64,000 nt of DNA from an uncultured Bacilli bacterium (GCA_934130045.1 CAKOXI010000004.1:32-64031); one strand, 5' to 3'. Positions 47,396 to 58,260 are shown, counted from the first letter of the stretch. Numbers and translations are program-made. Notes: generated by a model from the sequence alone, not told the origin.

Positions 47396-49045
47396 ATGGA
47401 TAGAAAAGAATTTGCAAATCTCCTACTACCAGGAGTTACAAAAACAATAGAAGATTATGAAAAAATGTATCCTGAAAGAAATTTAAGTGATGGAGCAATA
47501 GTAACTAGATATGCACCAAGTCCAACAGGTTTTGTACATATGGGAGCTTTATATGCATCTTTTATTGCAAGTAAAATGGCTAGTCAAACAAATGGAGTAT
47601 TTTATTTGAGAATAGAAGATACTGACCAAAAAAGAAGCATTGACAATGGTGTTAATTTAATAATAAAAGATTTGAAAGACTTTAATATTAAATTTGATGA
47701 GGGAATGATATCAGAAACTGAGTGGAATGGTGAATATGGACCATATATTCAATCTGAAAGAAGAGAAATATATTGGGCATTCGCTAAATATTTAATCGAA
47801 AATGATATGGCTTATCCTTGCTTTTGTACAGAAGATGATTTGAATGAAATAAGACAAAAACAAGAAAAATATAAAAGTCGTATTGGATATTATGGAAGAT
47901 ATACAAGATGTAGAAATTTAAGTATTGAGGAAGCTTTAAAAAAAATAAAAAACGGTGAAAAATATGTAATTCGTCTTAAATCACCAGGACATTTTGATAA
48001 TAAATTTAAGTTTACAGATTGTATTAAAGGTAGTATGGAATTACCTGAAAATGATTTAGATATTGTTATTATTAAAGGAGACGGACTTCCAACTTATCAT
48101 TTTGCCCATTTAGTTGATGACCACTTAATGCGTACTACTCATGTTATTAGAGGAGATGAATGGTTATCAAGTATTCCTATTCATACACAATTATTTAGAA
48201 TGTTTAATTTTAAAGTTCCTAAATATGCTCACTTAGCTCCTTTAACTAAAGAAGAAAATGGAAATAAAAGAAAATTGTCAAAAAGAAAAGATCCAGAAGC
48301 AGCAGTATCATATTATCACGAAAGAGGAATTCCAAAAGAAGCAGTTATTCTTTATTTAGCTACAATCGCAAACTCAAATTTTGAAGAATGGATGGAACAT
48401 AATAAAGATAAAGATTTAAGTGAATTTAAAATGGAATTCAAAAAAATGAGTTCTAGTAGTGGAGCTTTATTTGACCTAGAAAAATTACTTAATATATCTA
48501 AAAATTATTTATCTAAATTAAGTGCACAAGAAATATATGATAGAGTATATAATTGGTCATGTGAATTTGATTTAGAATTTAAGAAATTACTAGAAAAATA
48601 TAAAGAAAAATCAATTTCAATTTTTAATATTGAAAGAGAACAAGCAAAACCTAGAAAAGATTATTCTTGTTATTCTGATATAAAAAATCAAATTTGGTAT
48701 ATGTATGATGAATTATTTGATAAAAATGAAAAAAATTATGAATTTCAAAAAATAACTGATAAGGAAGAAATTAGAAAAATACTTACTACTTATATTAATG
48801 AATATTATGTGGATAGTGATTCTGATGCTTGGTTTAATAAGATGAAAGAAATGGCAGAAAAATTAGGATATGCTTCTAATATGAAAGAATATAAGCAAAA
48901 TCCTGATAATTATAAAGGTAATATAGCTGATATTAGTAATGTTTTAAGAGTTGCTTTGACTACAAAATCAATGACTCCTGATCTATATCAAATTATGAAA
49001 ATATTAGGTAGTGATACAATTAAGAAGCGCTTTGAACTTATATAA
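47396..49045 (+). CDS. gltX: glutamate--tRNA ligase (long form)
   Basis: Start revised to the ATG at 47396 (AGAGG RBS). RYAPSPTGFVHMGALY (HIGH region), KLSKRK (KMSKS), and RIEDTDQKR. Confidence 0.9.
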   Translation: MDRKEFANLLLPGVTKTIEDYEKMYPERNLSDGAIVTRYAPSPTGFVHMGALYASFIASKMASQTNGVFYLRIEDTDQKRSIDNGVNLIIKDLKDFNIKFDEGMISETEWNGEYGPYIQSERREIYWAFAKYLIENDMAYPCFCTEDDLNEIRQKQEKYKSRIGYYGRYTRCRNLSIEEALKKIKNGEKYVIRLKSPGHFDNKFKFTDCIKGSMELPENDLDIVIIKGDGLPTYHFAHLVDDHLMRTTHVIRGDEWLSSIPIHTQLFRMFNFKVPKYAHLAPLTKEENGNKRKLSKRKDPEAAVSYYHERGIPKEAVILYLATIANSNFEEWMEHNKDKDLSEFKMEFKKMSSSSGALFDLEKLLNISKNYLSKLSAQEIYDRVYNWSCEFDLEFKKLLEKYKEKSISIFNIEREQAKPRKDYSCYSDIKNQIWYMYDELFDKNEKNYEFQKITDKEEIRKILTTYINEYYVDSDSDAWFNKMKEMAEKLGYASNMKEYKQNPDNYKGNIADISNVLRVALTTKSMTPDLYQIMKILGSDTIKKRFELI

Positions 49046-49066
49046 GACTATTGATATAGTCTTTTT
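49045..49066 (+). terminator. rho-independent terminator of gltX
   Basis: AGACTAT-tgat-ATAGTCT hairpin plus TTTT. Confidence 0.7.
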
Positions 49067-49164
49067 GTGTTATAAAATACACAAAAAATATAAATTTTTT
49101 CTTGACAAAATAAATAGCATATAGTATTATAGTGTAATTTTCATTGAAAAAAGGGGGAATTTTT

Positions 49165-49359
49165 ATGAAAATTAATATAAAAAAGGTTATTTTGATAGTA
49201 CTATATTGTATAGCTATTGGATTAGGTATATTTGCCTCAAGTGTATCTTTATTAACAAATAATAAAGTATTAGAATATACTTTATTAATAATTACTTATT
49301 TAATGGGTATAATGTTAGTTAGAGCTAGAAGAAAATATCCTTTAATGATAAAAAAATAG
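49165..49359 (+). CDS. small two-helix membrane protein
   Basis: Start revised to the ATG at 49165 (GGGGGA RBS). Preceded by TTGACA-17-TATTAT at 49102-49130. Confidence 0.5.
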   Translation: MKINIKKVILIVLYCIAIGLGIFASSVSLLTNNKVLEYTLLIITYLMGIMLVRARRKYPLMIKK

Positions 49360-49470
49360 TTATTTCATGTAAGAAAAAACTAATTACACGCATATGAGGT
49401 TGACATAAAAAGAAAAAGATATTATTATGATAAGACGTGATAATGTCTTTTTTAGTTTGGTGGTGAGTAT

Positions 49471-50694
49471 ATGAATAAGGATAAAAGTTTTAATACAAGA
49501 ATTTTAATCGGTAATGAATTAGGTGAAAACTATTTTATTATACAGGAATTGGTTAATGATAAATGGCATGTTTATCCACAAAATTGTTACCGAGGAAATT
49601 ATTTTGTTAGAAAAAAGATAAAAGAATTATTAAAATATAATATTGGTAGTATTCAAAAAAACAATAAAAATGATGTAATTAAATTAAAGTTAAATAATAA
49701 TGTTGATGTTTATATAAATAATTATTCTATTATAAAAAATAATCCTGAATTAAAAATATTAAGAAATATAATAAATAAAGAATTGATATATAAAAAATTT
49801 ATAAAGAATTTTTCATTGAAAAAAAGTAAAAATATATCTAATGATAGTTCTTTAAAATTGGTTATTTTATCATCAATATCTTTAGGTATAATTATTTCTT
49901 CTAGTAATTTTGATATACATAATAATTTTAGAATAAATACTGATGATTTACTTATATCAAATAATAGTTATTATGATAATTTACATGAAAATTTTCTTTT
50001 TAATTATGATTATAATTATAATAAGATGAAATTTTTTTATCATAATCATGAGGAAGTATCTAATGAAGAAGTTTGTGATATTGATGTTATTGAAGAATTT
50101 TCTAAAATGTATTTTATGGACTATAATAGAGTAAAACAAATATATTTGAATAATTATGATGAGATAAATAATTCCGAGAATGCAGATTTGGCATTACTTT
50201 TAAAAGTAAAGAATGAGTTTTATAATGATGATACAATTGATAAAACTCCAATTATTACTGATAAAACCTCAGAAGAAAAAGAAAAATATATAATTGATAT
50301 AGCAAGAGGAATATATAAGGTGGATAGTAATGAAGAATTTGCGATTTTGCTTGCAATTCATAGGTTAGAAACTTCATGGGGAAAATCAGATAAATGTGTA
50401 TATGATAATAATCCCGGAGGATTAAAAGAAGGGGATAAATTTCTTGAATTTAAAACATTTGAAATTGGTGCCGAATGTTTTGTTAGAAATGTTTTAAAAA
50501 TTAAAAGACAAGCTATTCAAAATTATGATGATAACTTGTCTTTAGAGGAAAATATGCAGAAAATATATTGTGAAGGTGAAAATGATTGGGCTAAAGATGT
50601 AACCTGTATTAAACAATCTCTACTTTCAAGTAATGATTTTGATAATAATATTGACTCGAACTTACAAAAAAACACAAAAAAACTACATTTGTAG
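49471..50694 (+). CDS. protein with C-terminal glucosaminidase (FlgJ/LytD-like muramidase) domain
   Basis: LAIHRLETSWGKS...NNPGGLK resembles the glucosaminidase domain core. One internal TM segment. The N-terminal part is unknown. Confidence 0.55.
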   Translation: MNKDKSFNTRILIGNELGENYFIIQELVNDKWHVYPQNCYRGNYFVRKKIKELLKYNIGSIQKNNKNDVIKLKLNNNVDVYINNYSIIKNNPELKILRNIINKELIYKKFIKNFSLKKSKNISNDSSLKLVILSSISLGIIISSSNFDIHNNFRINTDDLLISNNSYYDNLHENFLFNYDYNYNKMKFFYHNHEEVSNEEVCDIDVIEEFSKMYFMDYNRVKQIYLNNYDEINNSENADLALLLKVKNEFYNDDTIDKTPIITDKTSEEKEKYIIDIARGIYKVDSNEEFAILLAIHRLETSWGKSDKCVYDNNPGGLKEGDKFLEFKTFEIGAECFVRNVLKIKRQAIQNYDDNLSLEENMQKIYCEGENDWAKDVTCIKQSLLSSNDFDNNIDSNLQKNTKKLHL

Positions 50695-50697
50695 TTT

Positions 50698-51816
50698 TTA
50701 TTTTACGTAATATTCATAATATTCTTCAAAGGTTAAATTCTCATTTTTTATTATTGTGGCTGCATTTGTACCAACATATCTGTAATGCCATGGTTCATAC
50801 ATATAACCAGTTATTGTTTCTCTATCTTTAGGGTATCTTAATATAAATCCATATTTATAAGCATTTTTTTGCATCCAATCAAAACTTTTAGAATTTTCAA
50901 ATGTACTTAATTCTAAATATGCTTGCTCAGTTATATCAATTGCTAGTCCTGTTTGATGTTCAGAGTGTCCTGCTCTAGCAGAATATTTTTCAACATTTTC
51001 AAATGTGTCTATAGAATTGTAATAATTATATAATCTATTTTGATGTTCATAGCTTCTATATGGAGATGAGATAAATATTGAAATATTTTCTTTATTTGCG
51101 TCATCATACATTTTTTTAAATGCACTATATGCTTCAGAATTAATTAAATATTTATATCCATGAATTGGTTCTATTTCTACCAAATCATCTGGAATATATG
51201 TATCTGGTAATTTATTTTGTTTATTTACTAACACTAAAATTCCTTTTGATAAATCAGCCATTTTATAATTATCATAGCTATTATTTTTATCAAAATTAGT
51301 TGTATTTTGATATTCACTATTTATTATGTCTATAACCTCATTAGGTGTAATTTGTTTATTTTTTATGTAATAATTTATATATTTATCGATGTTATTTTCA
51401 TTATATTTTTTATTATTGGTTAATTCTATTAAAAAGTTTTCAATTTCTATTCCATATTTATTTATATAATTTTCAAGTTTTTTATTAACTATATCTATTA
51501 CATTATTGTAATTATTGGAACTATATGTACTGATATAATTTATATAATTATTAATATTATTTATATCAAAATTTTTAAGTTTATATAAATTTTTTAATTC
51601 TTTTATATCACAGTCAATAGAATTGTCGTTACAAAAATTTACATATTCTATTGTTTCATTAATATTTTTAATTTCATTATAATATTTTTGATAATCTATA
51701 TAGTATTCTTCTTTATAATTATCAGAATCTTTAAATATATTTATATTTTTACTATTTTCATTTTTACAACCAGTAATTATAAAAAGTAAGAATAAAATTG
51801 TTATAGTTTTTTTCAT
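50698..51816 (-). CDS. D-alanyl-D-alanine carboxypeptidase, VanY/M15B family lipoprotein
   Basis: Lipobox ITGC. SPYRSYEHQ, GHSEHQTGLAIDI and EPWHYRYVG motifs. Confidence 0.85.
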   Translation of the reverse strand: MKKTITILFLLFIITGCKNENSKNINIFKDSDNYKEEYYIDYQKYYNEIKNINETIEYVNFCNDNSIDCDIKELKNLYKLKNFDINNINNYINYISTYSSNNYNNVIDIVNKKLENYINKYGIEIENFLIELTNNKKYNENNIDKYINYYIKNKQITPNEVIDIINSEYQNTTNFDKNNSYDNYKMADLSKGILVLVNKQNKLPDTYIPDDLVEIEPIHGYKYLINSEAYSAFKKMYDDANKENISIFISSPYRSYEHQNRLYNYYNSIDTFENVEKYSARAGHSEHQTGLAIDITEQAYLELSTFENSKSFDWMQKNAYKYGFILRYPKDRETITGYMYEPWHYRYVGTNAATIIKNENLTFEEYYEYYVK

Positions 51817-51824
51817 ATTATCAC

Positions 51825-52718
51825 CTAGTTATCTGATAACCTATATAAGTTAATGGAAGGTTTATTGAATAATCTTAATTTTATATCTGATGTTCCAATT
51901 CCACTTGAAATAAAAAATTGGGTATTTTCTAATTTATAATATTCTTTATAATATTTTTTAGCACCATCTGGTGTTATTATAGCGCCAATAATAGGTAATC
52001 TTATTTGCCCATTATGAGAATGACCTGCTAAAATTAAATCATATTTACTATAATCAAAATCTAAAATTTTATCAGGTTTATGTAATAGTAATATTTTATA
52101 TATAATATTTTGCTTATTATTTTCTTCAGTTATGTTTTCTAGGGCATCATTATTGGAAATATAATTATTGATTTTTTCAAAACTATCACTTATATCATCT
52201 TCAGTATTAATACCAGCAATGAGTATACTATTGTTATTATTTGAGTTGTATATTATATCATAATCATTGTTTAAATTTATGAAATTTGCTTCTTTAATTA
52301 TCGCATCAAAATCTTCGTCATCGCAGTTACCGCTCACTGCATATTTACCTAATTTAAATTTGATGTTTTTTAAATTATTAATTAATTCTTGTTTTTGTTC
52401 ATTATCAAGTGTTTTAGAGTAAAGATCCCCAGTAAAAACAACAATATCAGGATTTATAAGATTAATTTCATTTACAATATTTTCTAAGTCTTTGTTATTA
52501 GTTGTTTCGCCATAATGAATATCTGATAAATGTATAATTTTAAGTCCATAAAAATCGTATTTAAAATTTTCATTTACAATTTTATATTCTTTGGTTATTA
52601 AACCTTTTGTTTCAATATAACGTGCATATAAATATATAATTAATGTTATAAATAATAAGATGGTAAAAATTTTAATAAATTTTTTTAATTTATGATGGTT
52701 ATTTTTTTCATCTTTCAT
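51825..52718 (-). CDS. membrane-anchored metallophosphoesterase (YkuE-like)
   Basis: Start revised to the ATG at 52718 (AGGTGA RBS). IIHLSDIHYG, FTGDL and LAGHSHNGQ motifs. Confidence 0.8.
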   Translation of the reverse strand: MKDEKNNHHKLKKFIKIFTILLFITLIIYLYARYIETKGLITKEYKIVNENFKYDFYGLKIIHLSDIHYGETTNNKDLENIVNEINLINPDIVVFTGDLYSKTLDNEQKQELINNLKNIKFKLGKYAVSGNCDDEDFDAIIKEANFINLNNDYDIIYNSNNNNSILIAGINTEDDISDSFEKINNYISNNDALENITEENNKQNIIYKILLLHKPDKILDFDYSKYDLILAGHSHNGQIRLPIIGAIITPDGAKKYYKEYYKLENTQFFISSGIGTSDIKLRLFNKPSINLYRLSDN

Positions 52719-52832
52719 TATTATCACCTATCATATTGTAACATGTATTTTATCAATAAGTAAATTATTGATTATAAAAATTGTGTAATTTTACAAATAT
52801 TTTATATTAAAAAATCTACATATAAATGTAGA

Positions 52833-53738
52833 TTAAAATAGCATTACAAAGAATTGAAGTGATAGTAAGATACCATTGTGTAATAAGTGAAATCCAGTTG
52901 AAACAAAAATATTATCTGTTTTATATAACATATAAGCAAATGCTACTCCTGGTGCTGAATAAGGAATTATATATAAAATATCAATAATTGAATTAATGTC
53001 GTTTGTAAAAACATGCATTCCACCAAAAATTAATCCTGATAGTATTATAAATAACCATTTATTATTAATTAAATTTCTGATACTTTGCCTAAATACTAAT
53101 TCTTCTAAAATTGGTGCGAAACAAACAGCACTTATAAAAATATATAAAGGGCTAACTTGAAATTGTTCTCTAATAATTTCTTCATTATTTGGAATACCAC
53201 CATTACTCATGATTGTTAATATTAAATTGCTTACGTACATTACAAATAAAGCCATAAGCCAATATTTTAGGTTATTTTTATAATATTCTTTATGATTTTT
53301 CTTTAGATCTTTTAAATCTTTTTTTAATTTTTTTGAGTTAATAAGAATTATAATACCAATAATTATTCCTTCATAACAAATAGAATATATTATTTTTATT
53401 GCTTTACTTATTTTACTTGTGTCAATATTTAATAATTGAAATGGTAATAGTTGTAATTGTGATAGTAAAAAATAAGTAATAATTGAGCTGATTCCTATTA
53501 TATATTTCTTTGATTGCTCTTTTATTTCTTTATCTGTTTTTTTATTCCAAATTAAAAAATATAATAAAGATGAGGAGAAAGCAAATACTTGATATATAAT
53601 GTAATAAATTTTTAAATCAACATTTTTATTTAAATTATATAATTCAATTGGTATATTTTGCAGTGATATTAATACTGCATATAAAATTACTGTATATATT
53701 GTTACAATGTATATTTTATAGTCGTTATTTTTTTTCAT
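52833..53738 (-). CDS. CPBP family intramembrane glutamic endopeptidase (CAAX protease-like)
   Basis: APILEELVFRQ, GGMH and FHLLHN motifs. Polytopic. Confidence 0.8.
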   Translation of the reverse strand: MKKNNDYKIYIVTIYTVILYAVLISLQNIPIELYNLNKNVDLKIYYIIYQVFAFSSSLLYFLIWNKKTDKEIKEQSKKYIIGISSIITYFLLSQLQLLPFQLLNIDTSKISKAIKIIYSICYEGIIIGIIILINSKKLKKDLKDLKKNHKEYYKNNLKYWLMALFVMYVSNLILTIMSNGGIPNNEEIIREQFQVSPLYIFISAVCFAPILEELVFRQSIRNLINNKWLFIILSGLIFGGMHVFTNDINSIIDILYIIPYSAPGVAFAYMLYKTDNIFVSTGFHLLHNGILLSLQFFVMLF

Positions 53739-53848
53739 GTAATCATCTCCATAAATATTATAAACTAAAAATTTAAAATATAAAAGTCATTTAAAAATAA
53801 AATAAAAAATAAATTTTGGTTAATAATATGATTGAAAGGGGAATTAAT

Positions 53849-54277
53849 ATGAATGAAGATATTAATGCATTAGATGAAATAAATAAAGGATGTTCCATGG
53901 GAGTAGATGCGATTAACTATATTTTAGATAAAGTAGAAGATAGTAAATTTAGCGATTTTTTGAAAAAGCAATCAGAAGAATATAATAAAATTTCTAATAG
54001 AATCGAAAAAATTTATAATAATTATAATGAGGGAGAACCTCATGAAACAAGTGTTATTAATAAAGTTATGACATGGTATGGTGTTAATATGAAAACATTA
54101 ACTGATCATAGTAATTCTAAAATTGCCGAGTTATTGTTACAAGGAACTAATATGGGAATAATAGAAGGTAGAAAAATTTTAAATAATAAAAAATTAAATG
54201 AAGAAGTTAGTAGTATTATTAATGAATATGTTAATATGCAAGAAAAATGTGTTGAAACATTAAAAGAATATTTATAA
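53849..54277 (+). CDS. four-helix-bundle (ferritin-like, DUF2383-like?) hypothetical protein
   Basis: Start revised to the ATG at 53849 (AAGGGG RBS). Helical, soluble. Family assignment is weak. Confidence 0.4.
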   Translation: MNEDINALDEINKGCSMGVDAINYILDKVEDSKFSDFLKKQSEEYNKISNRIEKIYNNYNEGEPHETSVINKVMTWYGVNMKTLTDHSNSKIAELLLQGTNMGIIEGRKILNNKKLNEEVSSIINEYVNMQEKCVETLKEYL

Positions 54278-54321
54278 TGTAATATATTTATATACAAAAA
54301 TCAGTAAAATGAAAAAAAGTG

Positions 54322-54390
54322 TTGATTAAATATATATTATTGTGTTATAATTTTTTTAGCAGAAAGGAAGAGTGGGAATTGCCCACTCTT
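54322..54390 (+). promoter_or_regulatory. promoter and leader hairpin of the rimP-nusA-infB operon
   Basis: TTGATT, 18 nt, TGT-TATAAT (54322-54351). Then a 9-bp GC-containing hairpin AAGAGTGGG-aattg-CCCACTCTT (54368-54390) followed by the interrupted T-tract TCATTT. Confidence 0.5.
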
Positions 54391-54412
54391 TCATTTGATT
54401 AATGGAGGATGT

Positions 54413-54667
54413 ATGAATATAGAAGAAAAAGTACGTGAAATATTAGAAAAAGTAATAACTGATAATGGATATATATTATCAAATGTTATATATGAGAGTG
54501 AAAATGGTACAAATTTTTTAAGACTAATTATTGATAAAGAGGATATAATTACAGTAGATGATTGTGTTGTTGTTAGTAATTTGGTTAATCCGATTTTAGA
54601 TAAATTTGATCCAATAAGTGATAAGTATATTTTGGATGTTTGTTCAAAAGAGAAAGGTTGTGAATAA
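54413..54667 (+). CDS. rimP: ribosome maturation factor RimP, N-terminal domain only
   Basis: Start revised to the ATG at 54413 (GGAGG RBS). Aligns by eye to the RimP N-domain up to the LxVSSPG region (here YILDVCSKEKG) and then stops. nusA starts 2 nt later. Confidence 0.65.
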   Translation: MNIEEKVREILEKVITDNGYILSNVIYESENGTNFLRLIIDKEDIITVDDCVVVSNLVNPILDKFDPISDKYILDVCSKEKGCE

Positions 54668-54668
54668 G

Positions 54669-55850
54669 ATGGATACAAAAGAATTTAAAAAAGCTGTTGA
54701 TTTATTAGCTAAAGAAAAAGGAATTTCAGAAGATGTTATTTATGATGCGATGGAGTTAGCGCTTACTTCTGCTTATAAGAAAAATTATCATTCATTATCA
54801 AATGTACGTGTTGATATTGATAGAACAACAGGGGAGATACATGTGTATTCTTATAAAACCGTTGTTTTAGTTAATGATGATGATGAGGTAATTAGCTTAC
54901 CTACAGAAGAAAAAGAAGAAAAATCTGAAAGCGTTGACAAAGTAGAAACTGAAGAATCTGAAGACGATGAAGATGAAAAGGAAATTATTTATTTTGATGA
55001 AAGAATTCATTTAAAACCAGAAGAAGCTGAAAAAATTGTTCCTGGTATTAAAGTTGGTGAAACTATTGAACAAGAGGTTACTCCAAAAGATTTTGGTCGT
55101 GTTGCAGCAGCAACTGCTAAACAAGTTGTTATTCAAAAAATTCGTGAAGCAGAAAGAAATACAATAATTGATGAATTTAGTGATAAACAAGATGAACTTG
55201 CAGTTGGATTAGTAGAAATGGAAGATGCTCGTAATTATTATATTAACCTTGGTAGAACTCAAGGAATATTACCAAAAACTGAAATTATTCCTGGAGAGGT
55301 AATAAAAATGGGTTCAACAATTAAGGTTTATATATCTAAAGTTGAAACTAGTGGTAAGGGACCATTGATTTTACTTTCAAGAAGTCATTATGGCTTTGTA
55401 AAGAGATTATTTGAATTAGAGATTCCTGAAATTAATGAAGGTATTATATTGGTTTATAGTGTTGCACGTGAAGCAGGTAATAGAACTAAAGTAGCTGTAT
55501 ATTCTGAAAATTCAAATGTTGATGCGGTTGGATCTTGTATAGGTGAAAGAGGAGTAAGAATTAACAAAATAATTGAAGAATTAAATGGCGAAAAAATTGA
55601 TATAGTAGAATATAATAGTGATGCGAAAACATTTATTGAAAATGCTTTAAGCCCTGCTAAAAATTTAACTATTCTTGTTACTGATGATAAAAAAAGAGAG
55701 GCAATGGTTGTAGTTGATAAAGAAAATTTATCATTAGCTATTGGTAAAAAGGGTCTTAATGTTCGTTTAGCAGCACGTTTAACACATTACAAATTAGATG
55801 TTAAAACTTATGAACAAGCCAAAGAAGAAGGAATTAATATAGTATTTTAG
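54669..55850 (+). CDS. nusA: transcription termination/antitermination factor NusA
   Basis: Start revised to the ATG at 54669. LAKEKGISEDVIYDAMELALTSAYKK, S1 (VTPKDFGRVAAATAKQVV) and KH regions (GSCIGERGVRI, AIGKKGLNVRLA). Confidence 0.95.
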   Translation: MDTKEFKKAVDLLAKEKGISEDVIYDAMELALTSAYKKNYHSLSNVRVDIDRTTGEIHVYSYKTVVLVNDDDEVISLPTEEKEEKSESVDKVETEESEDDEDEKEIIYFDERIHLKPEEAEKIVPGIKVGETIEQEVTPKDFGRVAAATAKQVVIQKIREAERNTIIDEFSDKQDELAVGLVEMEDARNYYINLGRTQGILPKTEIIPGEVIKMGSTIKVYISKVETSGKGPLILLSRSHYGFVKRLFELEIPEINEGIILVYSVAREAGNRTKVAVYSENSNVDAVGSCIGERGVRINKIIEELNGEKIDIVEYNSDAKTFIENALSPAKNLTILVTDDKKREAMVVVDKENLSLAIGKKGLNVRLAARLTHYKLDVKTYEQAKEEGINIVF

Positions 55851-55868
55851 TTTTATTGAGGTGATTCT

Positions 55869-56129
55869 ATGAAAATGAAAAAAATACCAATGCGTAGTTG
55901 TGTTGTGAGTCATGAAAAATGTGAAAAAAAGGATTTAGTAAGAATTGTTAGAACACCGAGTGGTGAAGTAATGATAGATTTGACGGGAAAAATGAATGGA
56001 AGAGGTGCTTATTTAAAGAAGGATATTGAAATTTTTAAAAAGGCTCAAAAATCAAAAATTTTAGATAAAATCTTAGAAGTACCTGTTCAAAATGAAATTT
56101 ATGATGAATTAAATAATTTAATAAAATAA
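55869..56129 (+). CDS. ylxR: YlxR/RnpM family RNA-binding protein (DUF448)
   Basis: KIPMRSCVVSHEKCEKKDLVRIV...GRGAYL is the canonical YlxR motif. Confidence 0.9.
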   Translation: MKMKKIPMRSCVVSHEKCEKKDLVRIVRTPSGEVMIDLTGKMNGRGAYLKKDIEIFKKAQKSKILDKILEVPVQNEIYDELNNLIK

Positions 56130-56145
56130 GAAAGAGGTGATTTAT

Positions 56146-58260
56146 ATGATGTCTGTATATGAATATGCAGAAGATATAAAAAAATCTGTTGATGAGGTAT
56201 TAAAAAAATGTGATACTTTAAATATTTTAGTTAATGGTGAAAGCGATTTATTAGATGAAGATGCGATTGTAATGTTGGATAATGAGTTTTCAAATGATAA
56301 TAGTATAGAAGAAGATATGGAAAAAACTACTGATATAGAAGAAATATCTAATTCTATAGATAATGTTTTTTATGATGATGCAGAACCTGTTAATGTTGTA
56401 AAAAAAATTAAGAAAAAAAATGATGTTTCAAAAAAATCTAAAAAAGATTTAGCTATTAAGAAAAAGGAAATGTATAAAAACAAAGAAAAGTTAATGTCAA
56501 ATACACCTAATACAAATGAAAATGTTGTATTGTATTATGAAAATATGACTGTTGGTGATTTAGCTAATAGTTTAAATGTTCCATCAGCTGAGTTAGTAAA
56601 AAAATTATTTATGCTAGGCACGATGGCTACTGTAAATAATGCTATTAATTATGAAACTGCTGAAGTTTTGGTTAGTGAATATAATAAGCAATTAAAAAGA
56701 GAAGAAAGTATTGATGTTACTAATTTTGAAGAATATGAAATAATTGATAATGAAGAGGATTTAGTGAAGAGAGCTCCAGTTGTTACAATTATGGGACATG
56801 TTGATCATGGCAAGACTACACTTCTTGATACTATAAGAAAAACTAATGTTGCATTAAAAGAGGCTGGCGGTATTACTCAAGCTATAAGTGCTTACCAGGT
56901 CTTATATAATGGTGAAAAAATAACTTTTATTGATACTCCAGGACATGCTGCTTTTACTGAAATGCGTGCAAGAGGTGCAGGAATTACCGATATAGTAATT
57001 ATAATTGTTGCGGCTGATGATGGAGTAATGCCACAAACTAAGGAAGCTATAGATCATGCTAAGGCAGCTGGAGTTCCTATTATGGTTGCTATTAATAAAA
57101 TTGATAAACCGGGTGCTAATGTTGAAAAGGTTATGACTGAATTATCCGATTATGGACTTGTTCCAGATACTTGGGGTGGGGATACATTATATAATCAAAT
57201 CTCTGCTAAAAACAATGTTGGTATTGATGAATTATTAGAAAATATTTTATTAATTGCTGATATGCAAAATTACAAGGCTAATCCTAAAAGATATGCAGTT
57301 GGTACTGTAATTGAATCTCGTTTGGATAAACAAGTTGGTCCAGTTGTTACTTTATTAGTTCAAAATGGAACTTTAAGACTTGGTGATCCGATTGTTGTTG
57401 GATGTTCTTTTGGAAAAGTTAGAACTTTAAGAAATGATATAGGTGAGGAAATAATAGAAGCAGTTCCTTCTACTCCAATTGAAATAACAGGATTAAATGA
57501 AACTCCTTCAGCAGGTGATAAATTTATGTCATTTGAAACTGAAAAACAGGCAAGGAGTATTGGTGAAAAAAGAGCTATTCAAGCAAAATTAAATCATAAT
57601 AAAAAATCAGAAACAGTTACACTTGAAGATTTATTTTCAAAAATTCAAGAAGGAACTAAAGAAATAAATGTAATTATTAAGGCCGATGTTAATGGAAGTA
57701 GTGAAGCTGTAAAAAATGCTTTAGAAAAACTTAATGTTGAAGGTGTACATGTAAATGTTATTCGTAGTAGTGTAGGGGCTATTACAGAAAGTGATATTGT
57801 TTTAGCTAAAGCATCTAGCGCAATAATTATTGGTTTTAATGTAAGACCGAATAATAAATTAAAAGAGTATGCTAAGGATAATAATGTTGAAATTAGACTT
57901 TACAATATAATTTATAAAGTGGTTGAAGAAATGGAAGCTGCAATGAGAGGTATGCTTGATCCAGTATTTGAAGAAAAAATTCTTGGAAGTGCAGAAATTA
58001 GAAAGATTTTTAAATTTTCTCGTGTCGGTTCTATTGCAGGATCTTATGTACTTGACGGTGTTATAAAAAGTAATGCTAAAGCCAGAATTATTAGAGATAG
58101 TGTAGTAATATATGATGGTAATATTAATTCTTTACAAAGAGAAAAAGATGCTGTTAAAGAGGTAAAAAAAGGTTTAGAATGTGGAATTACAATAGAAAAT
58201 TATACTGATTTAAAAGAAAATGATATTATTGAAGCTTATGAAATAGTTGAAAAAAAATAA
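56146..58260 (+). CDS. infB: translation initiation factor IF-2
   Basis: Start set to the ATG at 56146. GTPase motifs [14 protein letters not shown] and NKID. Conserved C-terminal domains. Confidence 0.95.
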   Translation: MMSVYEYAEDIKKSVDEVLKKCDTLNILVNGESDLLDEDAIVMLDNEFSNDNSIEEDMEKTTDIEEISNSIDNVFYDDAEPVNVVKKIKKKNDVSKKSKKDLAIKKKEMYKNKEKLMSNTPNTNENVVLYYENMTVGDLANSLNVPSAELVKKLFMLGTMATVNNAINYETAEVLVSEYNKQLKREESIDVTNFEEYEIIDNEEDLVKRAPVVTIMGHVDHGKTTLLDTIRKTNVALKEAGGITQAISAYQVLYNGEKITFIDTPGHAAFTEMRARGAGITDIVIIIVAADDGVMPQTKEAIDHAKAAGVPIMVAINKIDKPGANVEKVMTELSDYGLVPDTWGGDTLYNQISAKNNVGIDELLENILLIADMQNYKANPKRYAVGTVIESRLDKQVGPVVTLLVQNGTLRLGDPIVVGCSFGKVRTLRNDIGEEIIEAVPSTPIEITGLNETPSAGDKFMSFETEKQARSIGEKRAIQAKLNHNKKSETVTLEDLFSKIQEGTKEINVIIKADVNGSSEAVKNALEKLNVEGVHVNVIRSSVGAITESDIVLAKASSAIIIGFNVRPNNKLKEYAKDNNVEIRLYNIIYKVVEEMEAAMRGMLDPVFEEKILGSAEIRKIFKFSRVGSIAGSYVLDGVIKSNAKARIIRDSVVIYDGNINSLQREKDAVKEVKKGLECGITIENYTDLKENDIIEAYEIVEKK

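Noticed and set aside
45120-53738. Possible prophage remnant, because of an endolysin-like M15A peptidase without a signal peptide plus glucosaminidase and VanY genes.
   Set aside because: There are no capsid, tail, terminase, portal, integrase or holin-like genes and no att-like repeats. The genes are interleaved with gltX and ordinary membrane proteins. They are more simply read as housekeeping wall-remodelling enzymes.
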